From Candidatus Marinacidobacterales bacterium (GTDB lineage: Bacteria > Acidobacteriota > Vicinamibacteria > Marinacidobacterales > SMYC01): a stretch of 64,000 nt of DNA. Made by a program: the position numbers and the translations under genes. The notes beneath the pieces are model-generated. The model saw only the letters and a list, made by a program, of their open reading frames with translations. It did no database searches and was not told where the DNA came from. The stretch lies in NCBI GenBank assembly GCA_965224085.1, contig CBDCYI010000004.1:992001-1056000 (forward strand), read 5' to 3'. This document shows, piece after piece, positions 1 through 9,230 of this stretch (position 1 is the stretch's first letter; each line of letters starts with the position of its first letter).

Positions 1-280
1 GGAGCGCGTAGCGAAAATCCTGCGCGATCGAGCTCGGGAGCTCACGTCTCGGTCGCGGCGTCTCGAAAACGCGACGCGGACGGCGAAGTGTCCACGTCGA
101 GCGGGCGAGGCCCCAAAGCTCCCGCGCTCGGCCGTATTGCCGTTTCAACCACGTGAGCCGCGCGCGGTCGGCTTCCCACTCCGCTACCGTCTGCAACAAG
201 TCGTCGCCATACTTTTCGCGGAAAGCTCGCGGGCAGAAACGGAGCAGCCAACGGTAAAGGTGACAAAATCGCGACATCAT
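1..280 (-). CDS. ADOP-family ABC permease, N-terminal part (runs off window start)
   Basis: Manual translation from ATG at 280, which overlaps the PadR stop (ATGA): MMSRFCHLYRWLLRFCPRAFREKYGDDL...IAQDFRYAL. 'LYRWLL..P..FR..YG' and 'QDFRYAL' are typical ADOP N-terminal motifs. Not in the ORF track. Confidence 0.75.
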   Translation of the reverse strand, partial: MMSRFCHLYRWLLRFCPRAFREKYGDDLLQTVAEWEADRARLTWLKRQYGRARELWGLARSTWTLRRPRRVFETPRPRRELPSSIAQDFRYAL

Positions 281-645
281 GACGCAGTCCCCGGAAGCAC
301 CTTCTTGGCGCGGGCGGCTTCGACGAGTTCGAGGAGCCTCTCCGACTCTCGGCGCAAGACTTGGCGGCCGAAGCTCGTCAGACGGTAGTAGCGGCGCCGG
401 CTATCGCCGCTCCTCCCCCGCTTCGGCCCCGGCTTCGGTGATGCCGCGACGTCGATGAGCTCTTCACCCCGCAGCCGTTTGATGGCCGCGTAGAGCGTTC
501 CTGCCTCGAGCTCGATCTTCCCCGCGGTGCGGGCCGAAATTTCCTTGATCACGCCGTAGCCGTGCAGAGGCCCATCGGCCATGGCGAGAAGCACTTGATA
601 GGTGAGCGGCGTGAGCGGCAAGAGCGCGTCTGGCTTCGATTTCAT
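277..645 (-). CDS. PadR-family transcriptional regulator
   Basis: LLAMADGPLHGYGVIKEI...GTLYAAIKRL...RRRYYRLT winged-helix motifs; coupled to an ADOP permease. Confidence 0.9.
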   Translation of the reverse strand: MKSKPDALLPLTPLTYQVLLAMADGPLHGYGVIKEISARTAGKIELEAGTLYAAIKRLRGEELIDVAASPKPGPKRGRSGDSRRRYYRLTSFGRQVLRRESERLLELVEAARAKKVLPGTAS

Positions 646-705
646 CCCAGTGTCCTCAGGTCGTGCTCACATTATCTACTCGGAGAGCACTGCAGCTCGG
701 TTCCC

Positions 706-1713
706 ATGAGCTTGCTCGAGCGTGACTGGCGCAGAACGGCTCGCGACCTCGTCTCGCTCGCGCGCGTTCAACCCAGCGAAGCTAAAGCGCACTTGCCGCG
801 CTTCGCGAGCCACGACGTCTGGCAGGCGCGCGTGTACGCGGCGCGCGCGGCTCGCATTCTCGAAGACGACAGGACGCTAGAAAAACTCCGCTCCGACAGC
901 CACCCGAACGTTGTCGGTGCCGCGCTCGTCACGCCGGCGCAAGCGCTCGCGACGCTCGGAAGCGATCATTACGGACTTCTCGTGAGAGCACTTGGGCTGC
1001 TCAAAGGGGGCGTCATTCGTTTTGACATCCCGACCTTGCTGACCGCGTTGAAGCGAGTCACGAACGAGGGCCGAGCTACGTCGCGCGACCCGCGGCGCTT
1101 GATGCTCGAGCGGCTAAGCGAGTTCGGTGTCGCGAACGAGCTCGAGTTCCTTCTCTCGGACTTCGATCCGTTCATCGCCGAGCTCGCGGCACGCATCATG
1201 CGAGAAAACGGCGAAACGGCAGCATCGAAGACAACGCTTTTCGCACCCACAGTCGCACCTTCGGAGGCGCTCCTCCAAAAGATCGCTGGTGCAAAGGCGC
1301 GCATCCGCATGAAGGAAGCAGGCAGCTTCGTGCTCGTGCTATTGCCAGAGGCCGCCCCATTCACGGTGGCGCAATTCGTCAAACTCGCCGAGGCCGGCTA
1401 TTACGACGGCCTCACCTTCCATCGCATCGCGCCGAACTTCGTCCTTCAGGGCGGAAGCCCCGGGGCCAACGAGTTCGTGGGAACGGACGGCTACATTCGT
1501 GACGAAGTCGGCCGTCTATCACATGAACGCGGGACGCTCGGCATCTCGACGCGCGGGCGCGACACCGGAGACAGCCAACTCTTCATCAACCTCGTCGACA
1601 ACTATCGACTCGATCACAACTATACGGTCTTCGCACGCGTTGTCGAAGGACTCGACAACGTCGACAAGATCCAAGAAGGCGACGTGATGGTCTCTGTGAC
1701 GATCGAGCGTTGA
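706..1713 (+). CDS. HEAT-repeat/cyclophilin-type peptidyl-prolyl isomerase, probably N-terminally truncated
   Basis: C-terminal cyclophilin motifs YYDGLTFHRIAPNFVLQGG, RGTLGIS, DSQLFINL, YTVFARV. Start is uncertain; the ORF-track start at 562 overlaps PadR. Confidence 0.8.
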   Translation: MSLLERDWRRTARDLVSLARVQPSEAKAHLPRFASHDVWQARVYAARAARILEDDRTLEKLRSDSHPNVVGAALVTPAQALATLGSDHYGLLVRALGLLKGGVIRFDIPTLLTALKRVTNEGRATSRDPRRLMLERLSEFGVANELEFLLSDFDPFIAELAARIMRENGETAASKTTLFAPTVAPSEALLQKIAGAKARIRMKEAGSFVLVLLPEAAPFTVAQFVKLAEAGYYDGLTFHRIAPNFVLQGGSPGANEFVGTDGYIRDEVGRLSHERGTLGISTRGRDTGDSQLFINLVDNYRLDHNYTVFARVVEGLDNVDKIQEGDVMVSVTIER

Positions 1714-1718
1714 GGGCA

Positions 1719-2591
1719 CTAAGTCGCGGATTGCATCCAGCGGAAGCCTTTTTCCATCTCTGCGCGCATGCGTTCACGCTCGAAGTGGCACCGTCGCCCG
1801 TGACCGGGCAGGATCCACTCGAAATCATAGGCGCGTAGTAGCTCCGTAGAGCGCACGAGCTCACTCCAGTCGTACCAGCACACGCTGCGGAACGCATATA
1901 TATGGCCCCTCGTGTCACTCCACGCGATGTGGTCTCCGGTGAACAAGAATTTGTCCCGGTAGAGCAAACAAGACGAGCCCGACGTGTGGCCCGGCGTGGG
2001 GATGACGAGCGTATCTTCATCGAGGCGCACCGGTTCGAAGCCGGAGATAGGTCGCTCGATAGCGCGCGTTCCCGCGCCTATCTCGTCTTCGTGCAACACG
2101 CGCTCGCAGCCGAAGTGGTCGCGGAACTTGGCGTGATCCGCCACGTCGTCCCTATGCGTCAGGAACATCGTGCGCACGCCGCCGAGCGCTTCGAGCCGGC
2201 GGACGAGCGGACGGTTGAAGCGCGGGGAATCCACGAGGATGTTCCCCGCCTCGCGGACAATCAGATAGCTCGTAGCCCCGTAGCTCGACTCGGAATGGTA
2301 GCCGCAGTGATAGACGCCGTCATCGATGCGGTCCGGAAGCGCCATGCCTGCTTCGGTGACATCGTGCTTCCGCTCGGTCCCGATCGAGACCGTGGGACAC
2401 GAGAGCAAGGCCATGAGGGCCCGCAGCCGTTCGTCGTCGCGGACGGGCTGGCGATGGACACTCGCCTGCCCCTGACGCTGCATGAACGTGTCGGGCGCCA
2501 TCCACCGGCAAGTATCGCAGTCGATGCAGCTCGCATCGACGAAGAAATCTCCCGAGGCATTATGTTCTAGCCGGCGCTCCAACTGGGCCAT
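1719..2591 (-). CDS. Ferredoxin-MBL-fold metallohydrolase fusion
   Basis: N-terminal CIDCDTC...CP Fe-S motif; THRDDVADH, PGHT, FTGDH and LPGHG MBL motifs. Confidence 0.85.
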   Translation of the reverse strand: MAQLERRLEHNASGDFFVDASCIDCDTCRWMAPDTFMQRQGQASVHRQPVRDDERLRALMALLSCPTVSIGTERKHDVTEAGMALPDRIDDGVYHCGYHSESSYGATSYLIVREAGNILVDSPRFNRPLVRRLEALGGVRTMFLTHRDDVADHAKFRDHFGCERVLHEDEIGAGTRAIERPISGFEPVRLDEDTLVIPTPGHTSGSSCLLYRDKFLFTGDHIAWSDTRGHIYAFRSVCWYDWSELVRSTELLRAYDFEWILPGHGRRCHFERERMRAEMEKGFRWMQSAT

Positions 2592-2851
2592 GCCCCAGTA
2601 TAACTTGGCCTCAGACCAAGGCCCCGGATGAAACGCAACAGAAAGAGAAGAATCAGCGGGGAAAAATCGAGGCCGCCCATCGGGGGCAGAAGCTTCCGAA
2701 TCGGCGCAAGAAAAGGCTCCGTCAACATCCTCGAATAGTGCACGATGGGGTTATTGGGCGGAAGCTGCATCCAACTCGTTATGACCGCGACGAGCACCAC
2801 GAGAAAGTAGAGATCGAGGAACTGCGCGAAGGGACTGCCGCCGCCGGACAC
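2567..2851 (-). CDS. yggT: YggT-family membrane protein
   Basis: SW...NPI...LTEPFLAPIRKLLPPMGGLDFSP signature. Confidence 0.85.
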   Translation of the reverse strand: MSGGGSPFAQFLDLYFLVVLVAVITSWMQLPPNNPIVHYSRMLTEPFLAPIRKLLPPMGGLDFSPLILLFLLRFIRGLGLRPSYTGAWPSWSAG

Positions 2852-2871
2852 GCGAAGATGCTAACACAGGC

Positions 2872-4434
2872 TCAGTGTGCGCTCACCTTCGTCGTCACGT
2901 GAAGCTCGAAAAGAGCCGCCTCGGCGTCGTTACGCACCAGAAGGTAGCGACCAGCGAGCGCCGGACTGTTCCAGATCTTCCCATCTAGGGCCCGAAAGCG
3001 CGTCAGCTCCCGAAGCTCGTCGGGCGACGGCTCCACGAGCATGATCGCGCCGTGCTCGCCTTGAACGATCAGCAGCCCGTCGTCCTCACCCCGCGCTCGT
3101 ACGAGAAGAAGCTGCCCATGCCCGTAACGCCCCCCTTTCCACTTTCGCTGCCCGTTCTCCGGGTCGATGCAAACCATGATGCCATCGTCGATTCCATAGA
3201 CGAAGCCGTCGTAATAGATGAAGTTGGCGAACTTGGATTTCAGTCGCAGGCTCTCCCAAACGAGCTCTGCGGCGAGGGTATCGTCCGAGCGCTTGTCGAC
3301 GCGGAAGAGCTTCGCGCCCACGCCGTATCCGGCTGATGCCAAGAGCCGGTCGCCCGAAAGTAGAAGCGGCTGGGCAACGTTGGGCTGTCGCCGCGGCCAT
3401 GCCTGCGTCCATAAAACGTGTCCCGTTTGAATGTCATGACCCGTCAAGCTCGCGCCGTTGAAAGCAACGATCTGCTCGACGCCGGCGAGCGTTGCAATGA
3501 TGGGTGAGGCATAGCCAGCGCCGTCGTCACCCGAGCGCCAGATCTCATGCCCGTTCTCCGCGTCGTAGGCGACCAACGTCGCGGACTTGCCGCCGGCGAC
3601 GATGACGCGTCCCTCCGAAACGAGCGGAGAGTCGCTCTTTCCCCAAACCGGGACACCGGACGCGCGGTCTCGAATCACGTCTCGCTTCCAAAGCGTCGTT
3701 CCCGAATCGAGCTCGATAACCGTAAGGAGTCCCGTACCGCCCATCGCGTAAACCCGCCCGCCGTGAATCGTGGGTGTCGCCCGAGGTCCCTCGCCCGCAA
3801 GCGCGTTCTGATAGTGAGCGACTTCACGCGTCGCCCACTCGACCCGTCCGGTCGAAAGCTCGTAGCGCACGACGCGTTCTTCAGCGCTGTGCTGCTCCTG
3901 CGTGAGCGCTGCGTTACCCGACACGGAGAACCCGGACCAACCGCGCCCGACGGGCCGTCGCCACAAGAGCTTGGGTGGCTCGGCCGCCCAATCTCGGGAA
4001 AGACGATCGCCTTTGATCTCGCCGTTACGGTCCGGGCCAAGGAATTGCGGAAAGTCCGCGACCCCCGGAAGCGACGCGAGGTTGTCGGAAGCGAGATTCG
4101 CGGCACTCGAGCGAAATCGTAGCTCGAACCAAGGGACGAGGTCGCCACTCACGCCGCGGTACTCAAACAGCGCAAGAAAGGCGACTAGAAGAGAGAAGAA
4201 ACCTCCGACGAACAAAACACGAGAGCGCCGAGGCAGCCGAGAAAACAAGACGCCCCAGAAGAGCAGGAGTAAGGACGCCAGGAGGAGGACCCCCGTGGTC
4301 ATCACGACTTTCTCTTGACGGATCCGCTCACTGGAGTCGGAAGCTCCGAGCCATGTCATCGTGACGAGCACGACGGCAAGGATTCCGATCAGATAGACAG
4401 GCCACCAACGGGGACGAGAACTCGATTCCGGCAT
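2872..4434 (-). CDS. Membrane-anchored PQQ-like (BamB-type) beta-propeller protein
   Basis: Three N-terminal TM helices, then FPQFLGPDRNG, GPRATP, YASP, RKWKGGRYGHGQ, WNSPAL, LLVRN. Start set at MPESS (4434). Confidence 0.85.
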   Translation of the reverse strand: MPESSSRPRWWPVYLIGILAVVLVTMTWLGASDSSERIRQEKVVMTTGVLLLASLLLLFWGVLFSRLPRRSRVLFVGGFFSLLVAFLALFEYRGVSGDLVPWFELRFRSSAANLASDNLASLPGVADFPQFLGPDRNGEIKGDRLSRDWAAEPPKLLWRRPVGRGWSGFSVSGNAALTQEQHSAEERVVRYELSTGRVEWATREVAHYQNALAGEGPRATPTIHGGRVYAMGGTGLLTVIELDSGTTLWKRDVIRDRASGVPVWGKSDSPLVSEGRVIVAGGKSATLVAYDAENGHEIWRSGDDGAGYASPIIATLAGVEQIVAFNGASLTGHDIQTGHVLWTQAWPRRQPNVAQPLLLSGDRLLASAGYGVGAKLFRVDKRSDDTLAAELVWESLRLKSKFANFIYYDGFVYGIDDGIMVCIDPENGQRKWKGGRYGHGQLLLVRARGEDDGLLIVQGEHGAIMLVEPSPDELRELTRFRALDGKIWNSPALAGRYLLVRNDAEAALFELHVTTKVSAH

Positions 4435-4494
4435 GTAAGGAGCAGCGTAGCCCATCGAGCGGAGGAGGTCCATACGATTGCTACAATAGGTTCG

Positions 4495-5235
4495 ATGGTG
4501 TCGCCCCCTGTTCAAAACCCCAACGAATCGCGATGGCCGCTCGCGCTCACGGTGCTAGGGCTCGGCTTGCTCAGCCTCGCCGGCTATTTCTTCCACAGCA
4601 CGCGCAGCCTACCCGGAGACCTGATCGAACAGGGACGCTCCCTCCTCGGCGAAGCGCGCTCGGTGGCGGAAGGCTTCAAGAAGGGCACGGTCACGACGCG
4701 TTTCATCAGCTACGCCGCCGAGATGAGCGGCAGCCACTATTTACAATTCGCCACTCTCAAGGAAATGGAGGTTTTCGAGCGCAAAGACTCGGCCACGGTT
4801 CTTTGGGGTCAGTTGGCGCTACCGGACATCGTCGTGCGCGCGGAAGCTCCCGTCGAGTACACGTACTATCTCGACCTCGACGAGCCGTGGGAGCTTGTGC
4901 TCGAGGAGCACGCCGTCGTCGTGCGCGCACCCGCCATCCACTACAACACGCCCGCGATCGACGTCTCCAATATCCGCTATGAAGTGGCCGATCGAAGTCT
5001 CTGGCGTAATGAAGAAGAAGCGCTCGAGAGTCTGCGACGCGGGCTCTCGCAGTTGTCGCAGCAGCGCGCCGCGGAGAATGTAACTCTCGTCCGGGAGCTA
5101 GGGCGCAAGCAAACCGCCGAATTCATCCGCACCTGGCTCATGGCCTCTTACGACGATGCCGACGCTTACCGTGTCGATGTGATCTTCGCGGACGAGGCGC
5201 GGTCCGAGCCTACGTTTACCGAGCTCCCGCGCTGA
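4495..5235 (+). CDS. Membrane-anchored hypothetical protein (DUF4230-like)
   Basis: N-terminal TM followed by a beta-rich region (LATL...Y.Y.LDL...V.AP). Start at MVSPP avoids overlap with the divergent gene. Confidence 0.6.
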   Translation: MVSPPVQNPNESRWPLALTVLGLGLLSLAGYFFHSTRSLPGDLIEQGRSLLGEARSVAEGFKKGTVTTRFISYAAEMSGSHYLQFATLKEMEVFERKDSATVLWGQLALPDIVVRAEAPVEYTYYLDLDEPWELVLEEHAVVVRAPAIHYNTPAIDVSNIRYEVADRSLWRNEEEALESLRRGLSQLSQQRAAENVTLVRELGRKQTAEFIRTWLMASYDDADAYRVDVIFADEARSEPTFTELPR

Positions 5236-5240
5236 GCTAG

Positions 5241-7243
5241 CCCATGTTTACCCTTTATGGGCACCCTAACGCTCGTAAGTGACTGAATTCAAAGGAACGG
5301 GGGTTGAATTTTGCCCAAAACGTAGAGACAGATATTGTGCTTTGAGCGCCATTAATACGTTGTAATCGTGGACAATGATATGTAGTATGCGTGAGGACAG
5401 GTTATGTTCTTCCGCATCGTTCGGGCCGCAGGCGGCAAAGGGGTTCAACATGAGTATGTCCGCCTGGTCGAGTCGTATCGGGAGCACGGCAAGCCGAAGC
5501 AACGCGTAGTGTGCAACTTGGGGCGCAAGGATCTCCTAGTTGCCAATCTCGACTCCCTCAATCGGTTGCTTGGGGCCGGTGAACCGGCCGACACCGAGCG
5601 AGCAGCCGAGCAGATCGCGGGGGCAGACGCGTGGGATTGGGGTCCGATGGTGGTGACGGCGACGCTGTGGCGCGAGCTCGGACTGGAGCAGATTCTCGAC
5701 CGGCTCGGAGGCCGCGGCAAGCGCGACGGAGTGGCGCTAAGCGAGCGAGCTTTGGTGCTGGTCGCCAACCGGCTATGTGCTCCGTCAAGCGAGCACGGTC
5801 TGGCGCGCTGGCTCGAGACCGACTTCGTCTGCGACCGGCAGGGGCGGCGGTGGGTGCCGCAGTGGCGCGATGATGGGGAGCGGCGAGCGAGTCGCTCCCC
5901 GCGGGTTCGCGTGGAGTTTTGCCAACTCAAGCAATGGTACCGAACGCTCGACCAGCTGCATGCCCGCAAAGAACAGATCGAGAAAGAGCTGTTTTTGCGC
6001 TTGCGGGATCTGTTTTCGCTTGAGGTTGACATGGTGTTTTACGACCTGACGTCGACGTACTTCGAAGGTCAAGGCCCTCCGGGGCTCGGCGCCCACGGCT
6101 ACAGTCGCGACCGCAGACCGCGTAACCGGCAAGTGCTTGTCGGTCTGGTGATGGTGGACGGTTGGCCGATCGCCCACCATGTTTTCGCCGGCAACTGGCG
6201 TGACGCGAAAACGGTGCCGCAGGTGCTCAACGATCTCAACGAACGATTCGGTTTGCACCGCGTGGTTTTTGTCGGCGACCGAGGGATGGTAACGAGCGAC
6301 AGCCTGGCGGTGGTGCGCTCGCGCAAGCAGGGCTATCTCGTCGGGCTGCAAAGACGACGGCGCGAGGAGGTCTATCGTTACATCGAGCGCGCCAGCGGAG
6401 AGTGGATCGACTGCCCTGGTGGCATCACGGTGAGCGAAAAAGCCGAGCCACCTAAGACTCGTGTGCAAGAAGTCCGCTCCGAGCAGTCTGGCGTGCGCAT
6501 CTTCGTCGTTCACAGCGACGAAAGGCTCGCCTACGAGCGCGGGCAGAGGCTGCGGGCCATGGGACGTGCCCGTGCGGCATTCGAGGCCCTCGAGCGCCGC
6601 GTGCGCGAGGGACGATTGAAAGCCCCCGAGAAAATCGGTGCCGCCGCCGCGCGCATACAGGCACGCCACCACGGTCACCGTTACTACGACTGGGAGTACA
6701 AAAACGCTCGCTTCCGCTTCTTCGAGCACCCGGTCAACCTCAAGCGCGAGCAAGCCTACGAGGGTAAGTACGTTATTCAAACCGAGGAGCAAAACCTCTC
6801 TCCGGTCGACGCCGTGCGCCTTTACAAGGACCTAAACGAGGTCGAGCGAGCCTTCTCATGCCTTAAGGATGTCATTGAGATGCGTCCCGTTTACCACCAG
6901 ACCGATGAGCGTGTGGGGGCACATCTTTTCGTAGCTACGCTGGCCTTCCTTGTGCATCGGGCTCTTGAGAAAAAGCTCAAGGTCGCCGAACTCGACCTGT
7001 CCGCAACCGAGGCACTACAAGCGCTACGCTCGGTCCGGCTCGTCGACTTACAGCTGGGTTCTGGGCGGACCAAGCGCGTCGTCACGCGCGGCACCGCTCG
7101 CGCCAACTCGATCCTGACTGCACTCGGAATCGTTGAACGCGACCCGCCAGCCTTCTCCGAGGAGGTGCTGTCAGCGTAGAGACAAACCGCGGATCTCAGT
7201 CCTTTGTTTATGATGACTTAGAGACCTAAAAGGGAAACATGGG
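5241..7243 (+). mobile_element. IS1634-family insertion sequence
   Basis: Terminal inverted repeats CCCATGTTTACCCTTT (from 5241) and reverse complement CCCATGTTTCCCTTTT (ending 7243). CTAG on both flanks (5237-5240, 7244-7247) fits a target duplication. Confidence 0.9.
5404..7179 (+). CDS. IS1634-family DDE transposase
   Basis: Y.RLVESYR..GKPKQR N-terminus; FYDLTSTYFEG, GYSRD, VFVGDRGM, EVERAFS.LK, RPVYH. Confidence 0.92.
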   Translation: MFFRIVRAAGGKGVQHEYVRLVESYREHGKPKQRVVCNLGRKDLLVANLDSLNRLLGAGEPADTERAAEQIAGADAWDWGPMVVTATLWRELGLEQILDRLGGRGKRDGVALSERALVLVANRLCAPSSEHGLARWLETDFVCDRQGRRWVPQWRDDGERRASRSPRVRVEFCQLKQWYRTLDQLHARKEQIEKELFLRLRDLFSLEVDMVFYDLTSTYFEGQGPPGLGAHGYSRDRRPRNRQVLVGLVMVDGWPIAHHVFAGNWRDAKTVPQVLNDLNERFGLHRVVFVGDRGMVTSDSLAVVRSRKQGYLVGLQRRRREEVYRYIERASGEWIDCPGGITVSEKAEPPKTRVQEVRSEQSGVRIFVVHSDERLAYERGQRLRAMGRARAAFEALERRVREGRLKAPEKIGAAAARIQARHHGHRYYDWEYKNARFRFFEHPVNLKREQAYEGKYVIQTEEQNLSPVDAVRLYKDLNEVERAFSCLKDVIEMRPVYHQTDERVGAHLFVATLAFLVHRALEKKLKVAELDLSATEALQALRSVRLVDLQLGSGRTKRVVTRGTARANSILTALGIVERDPPAFSEEVLSA

Positions 7244-7329
7244 CTAGCAGCTTACTTATCTGGACTCCTCAATCAACACCTTTCTCAAAAAAGTCTTCCT
7301 CAGAGCTGCTCGTCCAAATCGGTGACGAG

Positions 7330-7520
7330 TGGGTCAGACTGCAAACATATCTACGGCCTCAGTGAGGAGCGTCTTGGGTGCTCCGGGCCATGACGGAAAA
7401 TCCGCGCGCGAGGAGCCAATCACTTTGAGCGACCTCTGAGGGCCAGTGTTGCTATCGGCTTGACCCCGCGCCGGTCCGACCGGTACGCCATCAGTTGGAT
7501 GGGTATCGTCGCAGCCTCTG
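7330..7520 (-). ncRNA. Putative bridge RNA / seekRNA of the IS1111-type element
   Basis: Located downstream of the recombinase gene. Two stem-enclosed internal loops whose strands resemble the target junction (7419-7431) and the donor ends (7346-7353, 7390-7396). Boundaries approximate. Confidence 0.7.
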
Positions 7521-7556
7521 TTGGAAGGGAAGAAGGAAAACACGAAAGTGGAGCCT

Positions 7557-8591
7557 CTATGCGGCCGCGGGCACCGACTGGAATTCACTCTCGCGGGTGG
7601 AGACGGCCCAGACTATCCGGGCGAGTTTGTTGGCGACAGCAATCGCGGCTTTGTTGTGTCCCCGCGAGCGGTGGACCTTCCGCGCCCAGGCGCGGAGCTT
7701 GTCGGGCGGGCTCTTGCTGACGTTGGCCGCTCGGAGCACGGCGCGTCCGCCCTGCGTGAGGAGCGTACGGAGGTAGGAGTCGCCACGCTTGGTGATGCGC
7801 CCGAGGCGGCGAATGTCACCACTGGAGTTCTCTTTGGGAACGAGGCCGAGGTAACTCGAGAAGCGGCGTCCCGATGGGAAGCGGCGCAGATCCCCAACGA
7901 AGCCGACGATGGCGGTCGCGGTCAGAAGTCCGATGCCGGGAATGGTGAGAAGTCGTTGCACCTCAGGAAGCTGCTTGGCGAGCGCCTTGAGCTCGTGCTC
8001 GATGCCAGCGCACTTGTCCTTGAGCTCTCGAATCTCGGAGCACGCATCACGCAGGTGCGGACGGAGCACGTCGGGCAAATCAGAATCAGCGTCTTCGACG
8101 AGCTCGGAGATGGCGGGCACGACGAAGTGAGCGCCCTTGGGGATGAAGAGTCCGAGCTCGCGCAGGATCCCGCGTACGGCATTGATGCGTGCGGTCCGTG
8201 TGGAGAGCCATCCTGAGCGTAGGCGATGGAGCGCGGCGAGGGTGTGCTGGCGCACGGACTTGATGGGCACCGAAAGAATCTCCTCGTTCCGGTAAGCCTC
8301 GAGCAAAGCTTTGGTGTCCGCGCGGTCGTTCTTGCTCCCGCGTCGATACGGCCTTACGAGGTGAGGTGGGAGCAGGACGACGTCGTGTCCCAACCGTCGC
8401 AACGTCCTTGCCCAAAAGTGAGCCGAGCCGCAGGCTTCGAGAAGCACGGTGGCAGCGCTCTGTTTCGCAAAAAACGACACCAACTTGGGTCGACTCACAC
8501 GGAGTTGCTTGGACACTTTCCCCGCTTCGCGCGAGATGGCAATCTCGAAGACGTTCTTTGCAAGATCCACAGCGATCGTCGTATCTTTCAT
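7557..8591 (-). CDS. IS110-family DEDD recombinase/transposase
   Basis: IAVDLAK, LLEACG, KNDRAD (RuvC-like DEDD); IPGIG, YLGLVPKENSSG, ITKRGDSYLR, AVANKLAR. GGAG RBS before ATG 8591. Confidence 0.95.
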   Translation of the reverse strand: MKDTTIAVDLAKNVFEIAISREAGKVSKQLRVSRPKLVSFFAKQSAATVLLEACGSAHFWARTLRRLGHDVVLLPPHLVRPYRRGSKNDRADTKALLEAYRNEEILSVPIKSVRQHTLAALHRLRSGWLSTRTARINAVRGILRELGLFIPKGAHFVVPAISELVEDADSDLPDVLRPHLRDACSEIRELKDKCAGIEHELKALAKQLPEVQRLLTIPGIGLLTATAIVGFVGDLRRFPSGRRFSSYLGLVPKENSSGDIRRLGRITKRGDSYLRTLLTQGGRAVLRAANVSKSPPDKLRAWARKVHRSRGHNKAAIAVANKLARIVWAVSTRESEFQSVPAAA

Positions 8592-8648
8592 TCGGACTCC
8601 TCCTTTTTCGATGCGTTCTTTCGACTGACTTTGGCACATCGATGCCGT

Positions 8649-9050
8649 CTATGTCAGCGGAGGAGTCCATCCCATCACTTGAAGCGGCTCTACTTTGACG
8701 CTCTTGTAGCGAAAAAGCGTCACTTTCCCCGCCGGAAGCCCATGCGGCTTCCTCACATCCTTGACCCGGGCCACGTGCACGGCCACCTTCCCCGCGTGCT
8801 TGGCCTTCGAATAGCGGGCTGCGAGCGCAGCCGCAAAACGAAGCGTATCCCGCGGAAGCGTGTCGAGTCCGTCAGGGTTCCGGATCACCACGTGTGAGCC
8901 GGACTCGCCCGCAACATGCATCCAAAAATCTTTTTGCGCCGCGATCTTGAAAGTCAGGACGTCGTTGTCCGAAGCGGTTCTCCCAACGAGGATTTCCATC
9001 CCGTCGGGCGAGTCAAAGCTCCGCGCAACGTCTTCTACGCCCTTGGCCAT
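8649..9050 (-). CDS. NFACT RNA-binding domain (DUF814) protein; last codons replaced by IS110 end
   Basis: ILVGRTASDNDVLTFK...DFWMHV...GSHVV...AALAARYSK...V.KP.G...GKV. Confidence 0.85.
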   Translation of the reverse strand: MAKGVEDVARSFDSPDGMEILVGRTASDNDVLTFKIAAQKDFWMHVAGESGSHVVIRNPDGLDTLPRDTLRFAAALAARYSKAKHAGKVAVHVARVKDVRKPHGLPAGKVTLFRYKSVKVEPLQVMGWTPPLT

Positions 9051-9230
9051 CGGCCTAATCATGCCGGTAGGCGCACCGCTCCGACAGTCGTCCGCTCTCG
9101 TGCTGGTGGATGGCAACGTTGAAAGGGGGACATGTAGGACAGTCCCCGGTTCTTTTGCGCCGGAGGAATCTTTGTCGCGGTCATTGCGCCCGCCCGGATC
9201 GCTACCGCCCGTCCTCGACTGGCAACGGGA

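Larger units (their letters stand above)
7254..8680 (-). mobile_element. IS110-family (IS1111-type) insertion sequence
   Basis: Sub-terminal inverted repeats TGGACTCCTC (7261-7270) and GAGGAGTCCA (8660-8669). ACTT occurs at both junctions (7254-7257, 8677-8680). Long non-coding region downstream of the recombinase. Exact ends are ambiguous by a few bp. Confidence 0.88.

Noticed and set aside
7258-7290. Strong circle-junction promoter for the IS110 element
   Set aside because: TTGATT is present, but spacing to a good -10 is poor under either junction model, so it is not claimed
5241-8680. A single composite transposon
   Set aside because: The two elements are different families, each with its own ends and target signature, separated by host sequence
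7521-8897. Plus-strand ORFs of 231 and 223 aa
   Set aside because: Antisense to the IS110 recombinase and NFACT-R genes
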